In this document: one piece after another, positions 25,150-38,700 of the stretch
How positions within the stretch are numbered: the stretch's first letter is position 1
How the letters are laid out: each line of letters starts with the position of its first letter
NCBI GenBank assembly: GCA_964658305.1
Contig: OZ210885.1
Span: 17,360,001 to 17,424,000 of the forward strand
Direction of reading: 5' to 3'
Length of the DNA: 64,000 nucleotides
From: Leptogorgia sarmentosa
Taxonomy: Eukaryota
Translations under genes and position numbers: made by a program
The notes under the pieces: model-generated
Seen by the model: only the letters and a program-made list of their open reading frames with translations
What the model was told of the DNA's origin: nothing
The model's database searches: none

Positions 25150-26262
25150 ATAGAAGTTTTGATTGCGTACCATATACTGTACATTATACATTATACACTT
25201 ACTTGTTTGAACTATTGTCTGCTTTAATCCAGAGCTTGTGGATGTTGATTTGTCCACCGTGGATCTTGATTTGTCCACCGTCTCTGTTTGCTGCCAAAGT
25301 AGAGCAGAGAGGGCTTTCTTAAACTTTAAGATGTGTCCTGTTTTTGCGGACATACCGACGAAAGTAAGGATATCCTGACACTCTTGATCAGTTAGAGACT
25401 TGAAAAGGTCTAAGTCATCATAACTCAAGTCTTTAAACTGCTGTAAATACTCAAGTTTCAAGTTTATACTTTCAAGAAACATGTCGATATTGTCGGCCAT
25501 GTCTTAATAGATAAATAAGACATTAACCATGAGTACTTCATATAAGTCAAATATTATATGTGCTTCTCATCTACATGTAAATCCAGGTATGTTGTGCATA
25601 TTTTAACATGACAATTGAATATTTCACATATTGTTTAATAGATTAAAAAAAATTAATATAGAATCAGAAATTTTGAGAAATAAATGACGACCAGGAAAAG
25701 AGAACATAGAATTGCGAGGCAAGAATGATGCTAGGTCCGAGTTGACAAAGACTGCACGTTTTAGTCCTTTTGTATCAACGTCGCTGCAACCATGTTTACT
25801 GAAGGATAATCAAAATACCCTCGAAAAATGATGCGAAAAGCAAGCGAAAGAAAAAAAATTCAAGGACATTTGGCAGTTCCACATAACCTTCAGGCAGAAT
25901 ATGTTGCACAAGATGGCAAGGAATATGAAACATTGAAACCAGCTATCTACCATTTGATGAAGCAGTTGAAGTTCCACCATTCACCAAAGCAGATCACAAT
26001 AATTTCACAGAGTCCGCTGCATTACATGGATGTAAATGTGACACCAACACATACAGAAAGTGGAGAGGGATGAGGAGCTGATGACTGGCAACCAAGAGCA
26101 AATATAACTAAGTTATTTAATGAAGATTCCATCTCTTTGGATCAACAAGAATCGATTACAGAATTTTCAGAGAATACTAAAGAGATTCGAGCACAGCAAA
26201 CAGTCAGAGATAAGACTGAAAGAGAAGGAAAATCTTACAACTGGTTAAACTGGTGAATGGGA
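25150..26262. repeat. Right arm of the inverted duplication (partner 10846-12028), with SAM-like first exon
   Basis: Reverse complement of 10846-12028. It lacks the 93-bp tandem duplication but has its own 21-bp duplication near 25247-25281. Confidence 0.93.
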
Positions 26263-26520
26263 TATACGATAAAGTTTTAGTTAACGAAATGCCAAAAGAG
26301 TGCTCGATACCATATAGATAGAGCAAATAGTATAGTTTTGCCTCAAAAAGATGCCACTACAGCCTGTTCATCCAGAAGGAATCATCATTATATATATATA
26401 TATATACATATATACAAACAGTCCTCATTGCAATTTATCCGTAGCTTGATTTTGTGAACTTATCCATAACATGATTTTGTTATACTATTTCATTATTATT
26501 GCATTAATTAATATTGTTCA

Positions 26521-28016
26521 AAAATAGGTACACAAAGTGTACATGTATCTGCGTCTATGTAGCTTGGTTAGCAGCGATGTGTAAAATGGTTTACAGCTAT
26601 AGGGAATAGGCGAATAGTGCAAATACTAATTTCTTTTAAGGCGTGAGGTTGTGCTTGGTTAAAACGTGAAGCGTATTCAATACTTGATATAAGCTTTCAT
26701 GACTATCGCATTCGGGAATTCTCGCGATCATATCAAATTGCATAATGAATTTAAACTTGACGAAATATGATATCGCATTTTATGCTATTGCGTCCTTAAA
26801 ATATAGACAGCGCTTTTGCGATTGTTTGTGAAAAATGTGGCTTTCTAAAAACCAAATTTACTCACATGTTCAAAACCATATTATAATAATATATTTATAT
26901 ACAATATATTCTATCCATTCATGCAGCATTGGCCTAGACGCACAAGTGTATGATCGGTATGCGCATAGGTTCAAAACAGAATATTTGAAACTATATATGA
27001 TTTCGTTTGTTTTGTCTCGCGCTTAACAAACGCGTTTCATTATTTACAAGCTACAAAATCTATTTTGTAGAATGTTTCAACCATTCTGTATGACGAAGCG
27101 TCAAAATATAGTAGATATTCCGTGATCACAATGACACCGCGTGCAGTCCAAACATGTACAAATGTGTCAGTGCCGGACACGCTAAAGTATCGTAGGAAAA
27201 ATATACGAGCAATTTTGTCAAGACATAAACCTCTTTCAATCATAACGTGTATAATATTCGCTCATTTCGCTGTGTGTTTAAGGTAATACAATGTATAATT
27301 TGCATCGTGATATTTTTGCGTATCTGCGTATAAAGATACGCAGCGTCTCATTTCTATTCTACTTTTGATATCCAAACAACCCGTAAAACCTGCTGTAATT
27401 CTGTCATGTTTACACTTACCAAATCAAGATAGGTATCCGTACAAAATGGCGACAAAAGTAGGATAGAAATGAGAAAAAAGTACAATATTTTAAACGATTT
27501 ACCAAGCAAGCTTCGAAGTTCGGAGTATTTGCAAATGGCGGGACATCAGAATTCAGAATCGACATGCGAAAAGCTCTGCTCTGATTGGCTACAAGCTAAC
27601 AGCACGAATCTCTGATTGGCTAGAAGCTAACAGCACGAAGCTCTGATTGGCTGCAAGCACGGTTACAGTTACAGTCACAGTCACAGTTACAGTCACAGTT
27701 ACAGCTACAGTTACAAAACCATAGCAATAGATCTGCTTACGCAGATACAAAAATTGCCAAATTATACATTAAATAAGTGAGACAAAGATAGCCTTATGAT
27801 CGCTGAAGTATGATTCTAAAACGCCACTGTTTTTCACTCTCTCAGGAATATTTGTGTAAATGTGATCAATTCGTGATTTATAATCGGTTGTCACTTGGTT
27901 AATAAGTTGTACATATTTCTTTTCTTCAATTAAGTATTTAAAAAGTGTATTTTTGTCTGAAGAAGTTTCATTTAGATTAACATTGAAGTCTCCAAGAATT
28001 ATAACAGCACTACTTG
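26521..28016 (-). mobile_element. Helentron 3' remnant: AP-endonuclease C-terminus followed by a DINE-1/HINE-like terminal module
   Basis: ORF 27769..28038 (ILGDFN..IDHIYTN..YFSDHKAI). 11-bp subTIR pair TGTATCTGCGT 26544-26554 / ACGCAGATACA 27739-27749; hairpin GTACAC-aaa-GTGTAC 26528-26542 then an A/T tract; IR ATCTGC-ttac-GCAGAT 27731-27746; (GTYACA)n microsatellite 27662-27715. Confidence 0.8.
27578..27660. repeat. 31-bp tandem repeat with CCAAT boxes (x2.6)
   Basis: CTCTGATTGGCTA(C/G)AAGCTAACAGCACGAA repeated. Confidence 0.85.
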
Positions 28017-29032
28017 TATGGTGTCCCATGTCTGCCAAAAATCAACATTTGTATTTCACCATATCATATTTTGAGATCATATTATTTCCTGTCTAAAAAC
28101 ACATTATTCTATTTAAAACAACAACTTTGTTTGCATTTTATTGAAACTACAACTTTGTTTCTGAAGATCACCCAGTTTATTGGTTGAAAACACAACTTAT
28201 TTTTTGAAACCCAACTTTTGATTCCCAACCGCAATCCAATATCTTTGTTGCTCGCAGGCTCATACCGCATGTCATGTTTTAAAACAATGGCGGAGCTGAA
28301 TCAGGTTAGGGCAACTCTTCTAAAGGTTGCTCAACAAACATCAGCCATAGAAAGCAACAGATCAGGTATTGCTTGATTTATATATTCCTGATTAGTTATT
28401 TTTATGAATATTAATTAAGCTTTAATACTTTCTATAAATTCAATAAATGACATGCATCATTCATATATGTCAGCTGACATATTATATTTGACCGGCGAGA
28501 ACTATATTTTTAATTTTTCCACCTACTTTTTACTTACTGAATTACTTAAGAATGTTTTGAAAATGTATTTCTTAGTTTATATGGAATTGCCGATGCATAG
28601 GCAGCGTCCGTTAGACTCCGTACGAATGCACAGTAGAAACTCTTGAAAACGTTGCATCTGGAAATTTGTCTTAATTTATGATTTTTGATTTTAATATTCA
28701 CTTAAATTAACCAATTATTACACTACGAGCCTTCCCAATTAAAAAGGAAAAGAATATAACTAGGGTGGCTGGTGCCCTTTGTGACTCACAGGGTTAATTC
28801 TTCATTAGAAATAGATACAAAAAGTACCAGACCAAAAGAGGAACCAACAGCAAGCTGCTCTTCAAGCAATGCTTCCGATGCTGTAAGTGAGCACAGACGA
28901 CTTTTCAACTTTGGAAAAGCTCGTCATTTAGTTACCAAAAGCAAAGGCAAATCCAAACAAAGTGCAAAGAGTAAAGGGAAGCAACCAGCAACAAAGTTCA
29001 AATTTGTTTACCTTGCGGATAGCACAGCCAAC

Positions 29033-32000
29033 CAGGGCTGTTCTCAGAAAAAAATACAGGGGGGGTGTTAGGTCATTTCAACCGACCAACGGATGAACTT
29101 GTACCGACTAATTTGTTAAAATGGAAGTTCATATCATAAATGTGAAACTTGTATTAGAGTCCACTCTGAAGGCAGTTCATCGTATGCAATGTACAATGCC
29201 GTTAATGACGAACCATGCTGTTGCTTTACACAATATTTTTACACAGGGGCGTATGAATGGTTTGAAGATTGAGGGGGGGGGGGGCGAGTTTCACGACACG
29301 CCACCATGGTTGGCATCGAGCGAGAAAATTTTGAGAATCTAGAGCCTCTAGATCGCCGGAAACGGCCATTTCAGAGTGTTAACCAAAGCCTTAACACTCA
29401 GAATAGAGTCTAGAGGTCTTAGATGTAGTACAACCACAGCTTGCGAACTAGTTGCACAGTTTGCAAACCAAATACACCAGCTGGTCCAGCTCTTAATGGG
29501 GGTGGGGGGAGGCGAAAGCTTGTAGGAAATTACTATAATTGCCTCCGTCCGTAATTCCCCACAAATAATAATAATAATAATAATAAAGTTTAATAAAAAT
29601 ATAAATCACATAATGTACCCGAGTCACTCGCTTCGACTCTCAACAACAACAACATGTCCTCTTTTTTCAAATTTTCCCCAACCCGAGTCCAGGGCGGCGC
29701 CCGCATGCAGGCATCTCCAACACACTCCCCCATATGCATTCTAGACTAGATGCATATGTTATAACTATCCATTGTTCTATGATCTAATAAATTTCGGTAT
29801 ATAACCTAAGTATGCCTAATAGCTAATAATATCAACGTTAATAAGAGTCCGCTGCTCTGGTTAATGATTAATGTTGAGTGTTATATCTCGTCGTCTTCTT
29901 CTATCTCTTGGATTTGACTAATCCGGGCGTTTGCTGTAGCTGCTGCGCCTCGCTTGGACCGAAATTCTGTTGCTCTTGGGTTTAAACTCACCCCGTTCAC
30001 GATCGACTTGGCATCACAAGCTAGCTCAAGTGGATATAACAATTGAACCGGTCTTTCTATTGTTCCCTTTCCAGTCTTGAGCTGAACGCCTCGAACAACT
30101 TCGTCTTTACCAACGAAGGTTTTTGTAACCACTGCTAGGGGCCATGTTCCTCGATTCTTGGAATCTGCTTTCACGATGACCACATCGCCCTCCGTCGGTT
30201 GAAACTTACTCACTTTATGCGTTAGATTGTGTCTTTCCCTCAGTGCAGTCAGATATTCTCTTTGCCATCTACGCCACACCCCATCCTTGCACGATTTAAG
30301 AAATTTCGCTCGTTTCCGAATATCTTGTTCCGCAGTTGTCCAAGTCTGCTCTTCTGGCAAATGAGTAGTGCGTTGATATAGGAAAGTTTCTGGTGTCAAA
30401 GTTGGTAACTCTAGATCATCTTCGACATAGCTGAGTGGTCGACGATTAATTTGCGTTTCGACATCCAGCAATACTTCACTAAGCTCCGTCCAAGTAAGAA
30501 CACCATTCCCAATTACCTTGTACATAGCGGACTTAACAATAGCAATGAGCCTTTCAAACTGTCCGCCCCACCATGGGGCACGACTTAAATTAAACCTCCA
30601 TGTTATCTCATACTGTTCTAGAAGACCTCGAAGTCGTTCATCCTTCCGTAGCTGCAAAATCCACTTCGCAGCTTTGATAAATGTTCCACCATTGTCCGAG
30701 TAAATGATACGTGGCCTTCCACGACGCGCGATAAATTTCTTAAGGCATGGTATGAACGTTTCCGTCTCCATATTCGGTAATAACTCTAAATGCACAGCTC
30801 GCGAAAGGCTACACGCGAAAATAGCCAAATATGCCTTTCCTTCCTTGTTGCTTTTCTGCTTGTATCTGATAGGACCAGCAAAGTCTGTACCGATGACTTC
30901 AAAGGCTCCTCCAACCGTGGTGCGATCTTCTGGTAGTTGCCCTGGTACTGGTTTAGTGATCGCTGACGCGCGGAATCTCTTGCACCCATAACAGTTGCTA
31001 CGAACGATCTTGACTAAGCTTCGCAACCGAGGTACCCAAAATTGCTCTCTAACTGCCGCCATAGTTAAGTTCACTCCCCCCGTGGAGCGTTTCACTGTGT
31101 ACTTGTTGTACTAACTTTTCTGTAAACTTCGCGCCTCTCGGAAGGAATATTGGATATTTTCCTTGAATTCTTCCGTGACATACCAGTATATTATCTGCAT
31201 TGGTGCGTAATCCTAACTCTTCCACCAACTTCGGATAGTGTGTTTCCTTCTGCACTCGTTGCTGAATACGCCGAATCCACCAATCGCATTCTCTGATTAC
31301 TTCTTCCGTCGTAATTGGTCCAGACCTTTTGTCGCTATTTCTGCAATTGTATATGAACCTCTTGATCCATGCCCCAACTCTACAGGCTCGTCTTAAGTTT
31401 ACACGTTCCAGCAATCGATCGAATTCGTCAGCATCGTCCTTGACATTTACGACATTCAATAGTTCCTTTGTTGCTTTTGCTTCCGTCTCTGAGGATGCTG
31501 AAGCTTTCGTCACCAGATCGTCTGGCCACTCACTTTTATCTTGAAGCCATTTTGGACCATTCTCCCAAAGCGCTTTCCGTTTTATTTGACCACCCCTGCT
31601 CGCCAGGTCTGCAGGGTTATCACTTGTGGGCACATATCTCCAATGTATCTCTTTGTGTAACTGAATCTTGCTCACTCTGTTGGCAACAAATTGTTTATAC
31701 TGACCGTTCCCTTTAAGCCAATGTAGGACCACTGTACTGTCAATCCATCCGAATAGTTGTGGTGTTGGGATATTGTCAAGGGCGTTTCGTACATTGATAA
31801 GCAGGTTAGTAGCCATATGCGCACCGACGAGTTCAAGCCTAGGTATTGTTAAGTTTTTCTTAGCAAGGCGACCCTTCGCTGCTACAAGTTGTTGAGTGGT
31901 CCCAGAGGGTTGATGAACCACCGAATAGACAGCCGCTCCAACTCCCTTTATAGAGGCATCACTGAACGCATGTAGCTCTACCGCTTCGATTTCTTCCTCA

Positions 32001-35000
32001 TGACGAGTGATTGATCGTGGTACTGAATATTCCCCTGGCGTTTCTTCTTCCCATTTTCTCCAACGTTGTTGAAGGTTCTCGTTTAATGGAGCATCCCAAG
32101 CCTTTTGAGATTCGCAGACTTCTCGGTAGATTTGTTTACCTTCCAGTGTCACTGGTGCTATAAGTCCTGGAGGGTCGTAAATCCTTGCTAACTTCCCGAG
32201 CACTCCACGTTTTGTCGGCTGAACTTCTTCTTTGGGGACCACTACACTCAGAATGTCCTGTTGCTTGTTCCATCTCAGCCCGAGTATCTTTGATTCTTGT
32301 TGGCTTACATTCAATTGCTGCTTCGTGTAGGTCTGCTCGTCTTCTGGTTGCGCTGTGGTCTTGTCTTCCAGTTCAGGAACATTTGAATTCCACTTGTGTA
32401 GTTGAAATGTTGCGTCTCGAAGTATCTCACTGGCCATTTCCTTCCTGTGCTGTGCTTGCTCGGTTGTTTGTCCACCTGACAGAAGGTCATCAACATATAG
32501 ACTCTTTCTCAGCTCCGCTACAACGTCTGGACATCTCCTTTCCCATGTGTCAAGATGAGCTTCTAGAACACCATTGAGGAGAAATGGAGAAGGAGCAAGC
32601 CCAAACAGAACCCGCGTAAACCGGTATGTCTCGATTTCATCTTCTTCACCCGACCTCCAATGAAACCTTAGAGCATCTCGTTCGGTTTCTCGTACACGTA
32701 TTTGTAAGAATGCTTGGCGAATGTCTCCGGTTACTGCAACTGGATAAACGCGTTGTCGGACTAGAACATCCCAGAGTCGGTTGAGAAGTGGTGGTCCCGT
32801 GTTAAGGCATTCGTTGAGGGAGGGAGAATCAGGAGACGCACGTGCTGACGCGTCATAAACAACTCGTAATTTTGTCGATGATGCCGCTTCTCGCACAACC
32901 GGCTTGTGCGGAATATAGAACTCTTGACCCGAGGCTTGGACGGGAGCTCTTTCAACAATATTTTCTTTAACTTGATTCTCAATAACTTCGTTATACGCTG
33001 CTGTCAAGTCCTTGCGCTGTAAATTCTTCTCCAACTTACTCAGACGCTGTAGACTTCCTTGTTTATTATTCGGCAAATCTGGGTGGTTGGCTCGCCAAGG
33101 TAGGCCCGTCTCGTACCAGCCTTCTTTGTCACGGTGAAGTTGCTCCTTGAACTCAGCATGCACGATAGTTTGGTCATTCTCAGCTACATCAGCAAGTCCA
33201 AGAATATCCATTCGACATAAACCTTCATAATCACTTTGTGAAGTTTGTGTCAACAGCATCCGGTTCCGGTCAAATTCTGTTCCAGGGCTCATTATGAACC
33301 ATCCCATCCTCGTCAGCTCCGCGATTGGGCCACCTTCCTTTCTCACACGAGGTTTCGTCTCAGTCTTGATGCGTGCGTATTCGCCACTTCCAAAGATAAC
33401 ATGGACAGGAAGTTGACTCTTGGTGTCTTTGTCTGTGATTACCACCTCAGACAGATGGGCATTGTCTCGTATGAGGTCTGCATAATTAGGATTTTCAACG
33501 GCGAGAAGTTCTGGTTTATTCACCTTGATGAACTTCACTGGCATTCGGTACTGTCCGTCAACAGATTCGGCGTTCAATTCGTATATGTCCATGCGTACAC
33601 TCTTAGAGGACATAAGCATTTCAACTTGCCTTGTTTGTGTCGAAATAGGTTTCGCTTTCACTACTTCTACGAGTTTCGCTGAAATATATGAGCTCCCCGA
33701 TCCTGTATCGATTAAAGCTCTACACTTGACTCCATTTACCTTGATAACAATAACAGGCAATACGCTTTCGCTCAACTGGCTTGTAGTCATAACTTGCTCC
33801 TTTCTTTCGACTTTCGATGCATCACAGATGGACGTGTGGTGTCTTTTTCCGCATTTTTGACACGATCCCTTGCTGGAACACTCGGCTGCACGGTGGGTGC
33901 CGATCGCACAATTGAAGCATAATCGTTTCTTTGCTAGAATTTGTTTCCGTTCTGTCACACTAGTAATCTTGGTGCAGTTCCCTGCTTTATGAGTTACGTC
34001 ACCACAGTAAACGCATTCATGTGACTTTGCATGAAAAGATTTGATTTGCCGATATTTATCTCGATCTGTGTGACTCTGGTCTACGGGGTTTCTCTGGCTC
34101 CACTGACGAACTGCTTCCGATAACTGGGCAAAGGTCCAATTCTCCCATTCAGGGTCTGTTCTTACAAGATCTCCTCTAATCCCAGGAAGTTTATCCAATG
34201 TCATCGCGACATTGCCGTCAACTTGACTCAATCTGTTCATTGTTTGCAATGCTTGCACACAATGGTTAAGACGCTCACTAAAATCTCGAATTTTCTTGGG
34301 ATTTGTACCGTGAATATATGGCAAATCCATTATGTCCTTGACATACGACTTGATGATTTCCGACTCTTTCCCATAGCGATCTTTCAGGATAGATTTTGCC
34401 CTGTTATACCCCTCAGCAGTGAAGGGTAATGAATCGATAATATGCTTTATCTTGGGGTCAAGCAACTCACAGAGGTAGGTAAATTTCGTGATGGGGGGCA
34501 TTTTAGTTTTATCGACTGTTTCTGTAAACTGTCCCCAGAACCTTTGCCAATCTTGAAAATCTCCACTAAATTTTGAGATAACTAACTTCGGTAGTTTAGC
34601 CAATGTACTTTGTTGCGACTCACCTTGCGAACCTCCCTCTTTATTCATTGTCAGTGTTTCCACTTTCGCACTTGCTAACCTCGTCTCAAATTCCATTCTT
34701 GTTTTGAAAAGCATTGTTTCAAATTGAATTTGTTCTTCTCTCGCTTCGTTATCCTTCTCTTTCCGACGTTGATCAAGCCGTGTTCTCAATTCTTCGACGA
34801 CTTTATCCGACTCCGCTAATTCGTTGTCGATTTCCGTGTTCCAAGCTGTAATTTCCGTAATGTCCGTCTCGGCTTGTATTTTAATCTCTTCGACAGCTAC
34901 TCGCAATTCGTTTATGCTATTTGTTATAGATCTGATAGTAGCACAATGTCTCTCGATTGCATCTTGTTGACCTGATTCGATGATCGTACATGTTCTATCT

Positions 35001-35776
35001 ACCGTAAGCTTTAATTGTTTCAACTTCGTATCCAATTTCTTCGCTTCCATCTTTCTGAAATTTCACTTTATAATCTCGCTTAAATATCGCTCAAAACTCG
35101 CTTAAATCCCGCTTAAAAATCAGTAAGAACCTGTGCGCAGAATTGTTTTAATTAATTTTGACCTCCACTTTGATTGATTTCTTGAATTAAAAGATGTATT
35201 GAGAAAAATGTATAGGTTCCAACTAAAGTGGAAAAGCCGTGATATTTTATTAATATTTACATTAGCGACAGTGTTTGTTGCCCAATTTTCTTATTAACAG
35301 TACCACTTTTCGGACAAAATAATTTCAATGCTTGCTTTTTTAATGACAAATCAATAAAACTCATATCACATTATTTGAATATCTTTTGTATCTTTCACCA
35401 ATTAATTAGTTTCTATCATTCAGGTACAATCAGTAAGACTCACCAGCTATTCAGCTAATCACCATAATATGCGATTGCAACTGGAATCGCATATTCAAAT
35501 TGCATAAATCAAATTTATTTTAATTTTTAATGTGAATTAAAACCTGTTTACAGCAGCTTTAGTTTATTTTGGCCTCTGTACTTGATTTAAAATCCATATA
35601 TGTGACTGTGAATGATGATTGCAAATTTACAATTAAATTCCTTGTTTCCACAACATTTTTAATGTAATTCATCATGTTTCTTTACCGACTCAGGTGGCGG
35701 CCTGCCGACTGAGCCTACGAATAAAATTTCTGGGGGGGTGTCACACCCCCCACACCCCCCCGTAGCTCCGGCCCTG
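29033..35776. mobile_element. Non-autonomous hAT-type element (shell) with nested BEL
   Basis: CAGGGC..GCCCTG ends and a perfect 8-bp TSD CAGCCAAC (29025-29032 / 35777-35784) inside the HECT exon. G-rich subterminal motifs. Confidence 0.88.
29521..35130 (-). mobile_element. BEL/Pao retrotransposon, polyprotein nearly intact, 5' LTR missing
   Basis: ORF 31049..35050 (1333 aa: gag, DTGS protease, YVDD RT, HAFSDAS RNase H) plus 29881..31095 (integrase). One extra G at ~31076-31081. PPT GGGGGAGTG then probable 3' LTR 29521-29722. No second LTR or PBS seen. Confidence 0.9.
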
Positions 35777-38700
35777 CAGCCAACTGTCCTCCTTCGTCTG
35801 TAAAAGAAAAAACTGATCTTTGCAATGCAGGACTTGGTGATACAACGATACTCCTGGAACTGAATGAGAGTAGTGTACATCTACATGAAGAAGTTTTGAA
35901 AACATTTCCAAAACTCAGTGATACAGGGGGTTATGAACTGTTACTCTACCAAAGAGGAGGTGGGGAAAATGGAGGTTTTCACATAATCAAGTCACCACTC
36001 TGCAGTTTGCTACTAAAGGATTGGTCCGATCAAATCATCAATCCGCCCAATTTTTTTTTTTTATTGTTTTTATTCGATCTAAAATTTAATATATTTACAA
36101 ATTACTAATCTAATAATGAATTAACCCTATCTTTAATATGAATTTACTTACTTCTTAGCGGATTATCACCTTAATTCTTGCTTTACTTTCTTGTTGTGTC
36201 CCTTGCCACGTTAAACTCATGCGGTCATACATGCACATTTTTTACTTAATGTCAATCAAAGTTAGTTATTAATTATCACGCAATGTCCCATAATATCAAA
36301 CAAATAATCAAAACACCCTCCGCCCCGATGAGAAAGTTCTCATCTTAATTTTATTGTTCGTATCCTTCTTCTGGGTAGATAACTGCTATTCTGCTGACAG
36401 GTCTTTCGTATTCTCCACAGCTTGTCTTTACTTTAACATTTCTGACTTTGCCATCTTTACCGGGGAAAACATCCGTAACTTTGCCTATTGTCCAATTTCC
36501 TCTCACAGCATTCGGGTTTTCAACGACAACTACATCATTGACACGAACGTTTCTTCTATCTGCATTCCACTTTTTTCGAGGAACCAATGCTGGGAAAACG
36601 TCTCTTTGCCAGTGTTTCCAAAAATCATCTACTATTCTCTGAACAAATTCCACGCGTTTTCGAGGGTCTCGAGTTTCCTTAAACGGTCCTTGTGGTACTT
36701 TAGAAGACGCACGTCCAAGCAAAATGTCATTAGGACAGAGGTACGTTCCTTCACTGGGATCTGTCGTTACGCGACCGATAGGTCGTTGATTGATGAGGTT
36801 AGCGATCTCTAAGAAACAGGTATAAAGCTCAAACGGTGTTAGTTTGCTGTCTCCGATTGCCTTCTTTATCGCCCGCTTACAACTTTTAACCATGGCTTCT
36901 GCGCACCCATTTTGGTGAGGTGCTGTTGGTGTTATAAACTGCCATTTAATTCCTTTTTCCGCTGCAAACTCTTATAACTTTTCCTTTTCCCAACCTTCGA
37001 TCATCTCTCTCAACTCTCTCTCTGCTCCTACTAACTGTGTGCCATTGTCACTAAGAATCAACGCTGGTTTACCACGAACTGCAAAAAATCGACGTAAAAC
37101 TTGTATGAATTCCATGGCTGAACAGTCTACTGCTAGTTCTAAATGAACAGCTCTCGTGTTTAAACAGGTGAATACTACTCCATAATGTTTCGTAGTTTTA
37201 TTGCGCCCGATCTTCACGTAATATGGGCCGAAATAGTCGCACGCTGTGTTGTAAAAGGGTGGCGTGTACGGTGCCAGGCGAATTTCAGGCAGGTCAGCCA
37301 TCTTCTGTGTTTCACATTGCGCTTGGCTCTTCTTACAGAATACACACTCGTGTTTAACCAGACTATGGGCTCTAACAATCCAATATTTCCTTCGAACTTT
37401 TGCTACAGTAGCTGCTACTCCAGAATGTCCATATTGATGGGCTTGTCGCATGATCAATTTAGACGTCCAGTGGTCTCGAGCCAACAATACTGGATGTCTT
37501 GTGTCATAGGTGCCACACTCTTATCTACTCTTCCTCCAACTCTGAGGATACCTTCTGAATCCGTCAGTGGGTCAAGATTTCGTAACTGTCCGTTTGTGAC
37601 ACTTTTTTCCAGATTTTTCTGATTTTGTTTTATCCAGTAGGTTTCCGAATGTTCCAGTTCTTCAACAGAAAGGCTGTTACCTTCAGAGCTCTCTTTCTTA
37701 ATACGGGCTTTCAGGTTCGAAATGTATCTGAAGACATAGGCTGTCACTCGTATCAGTCGTCTCCACTTTGAGAACTTGGTACAATCGATTGGAGAAGTGG
37801 CAGTTTTCTTTGTGGTACATACTTTGTAATCTTTGCGAACCTCCTTTTCGACTTCCGTCTTTTCTGGGGATGGAGGTGGAACTGTTGGCCATTCACCTTC
37901 CGATGAGGTAAGGAATTGTGGGCCTTGTTGCCATCTTTCTGTCAGACTTTGAGCTGATATTCCACGTGACACATTGTCAGCTACGTTGTATTCTCCAGGT
38001 AGATATCGCCATGTCGCTGGGTCGGAATTGCTTTGAATCTCGCTTACTCGAATTGAAACGAACGGTTTGAACTTTCTTCCTTCGTCACGAATCCATGCTA
38101 GAACAATCTGACTGTCGATAAAGAAAATTGTCCTTTCGAACTTTAATCGGGTCTCCTCCAAAATGGTGTTACTCAATCGGGTGGCAAGAACTGCTCCTTG
38201 TAATTCCAAACGTGGGATTGTGAGTTGCTTTAACGGCGCAACCCTTGACTTTGCTGCAACGAACCTTACGGCGAACTGTCCGTCCTCTAGTTCCCACCGT
38301 GCGTAAGAACAGGCACCAAAAGCTTCTGTAGAAGCATCCGAAAAGGTACATAAGATGGGTTGCCCAATAGCAGTCGCTGGTGTAATGCACCTTTCAAATT
38401 CCAAGTATCTCAATAACAAAGCTTCGTGGAACAGGTTAGTCCAGAATTCTTGCAAATCAGGAGGGAGTTCGTCGTCCCAGTCAAATCCTCTTTTCCAGAG
38501 ATCTTGCAGACCGATCTTGGCACGAATTACAAATGCCGACGCAAATCCAACAGGATCGAATACTCGCGCAACTCGACTCAGAACTGAACGCTTTGTAAAC
38601 CGCTCTGTGCCTTTATTTTCATTCTGGGGATGCATCTCTTTCGTATGCAGCTTTAATTTATCACTTTTGGGGTTCCATTCAAGTCCGAGAACCTTTTCTG

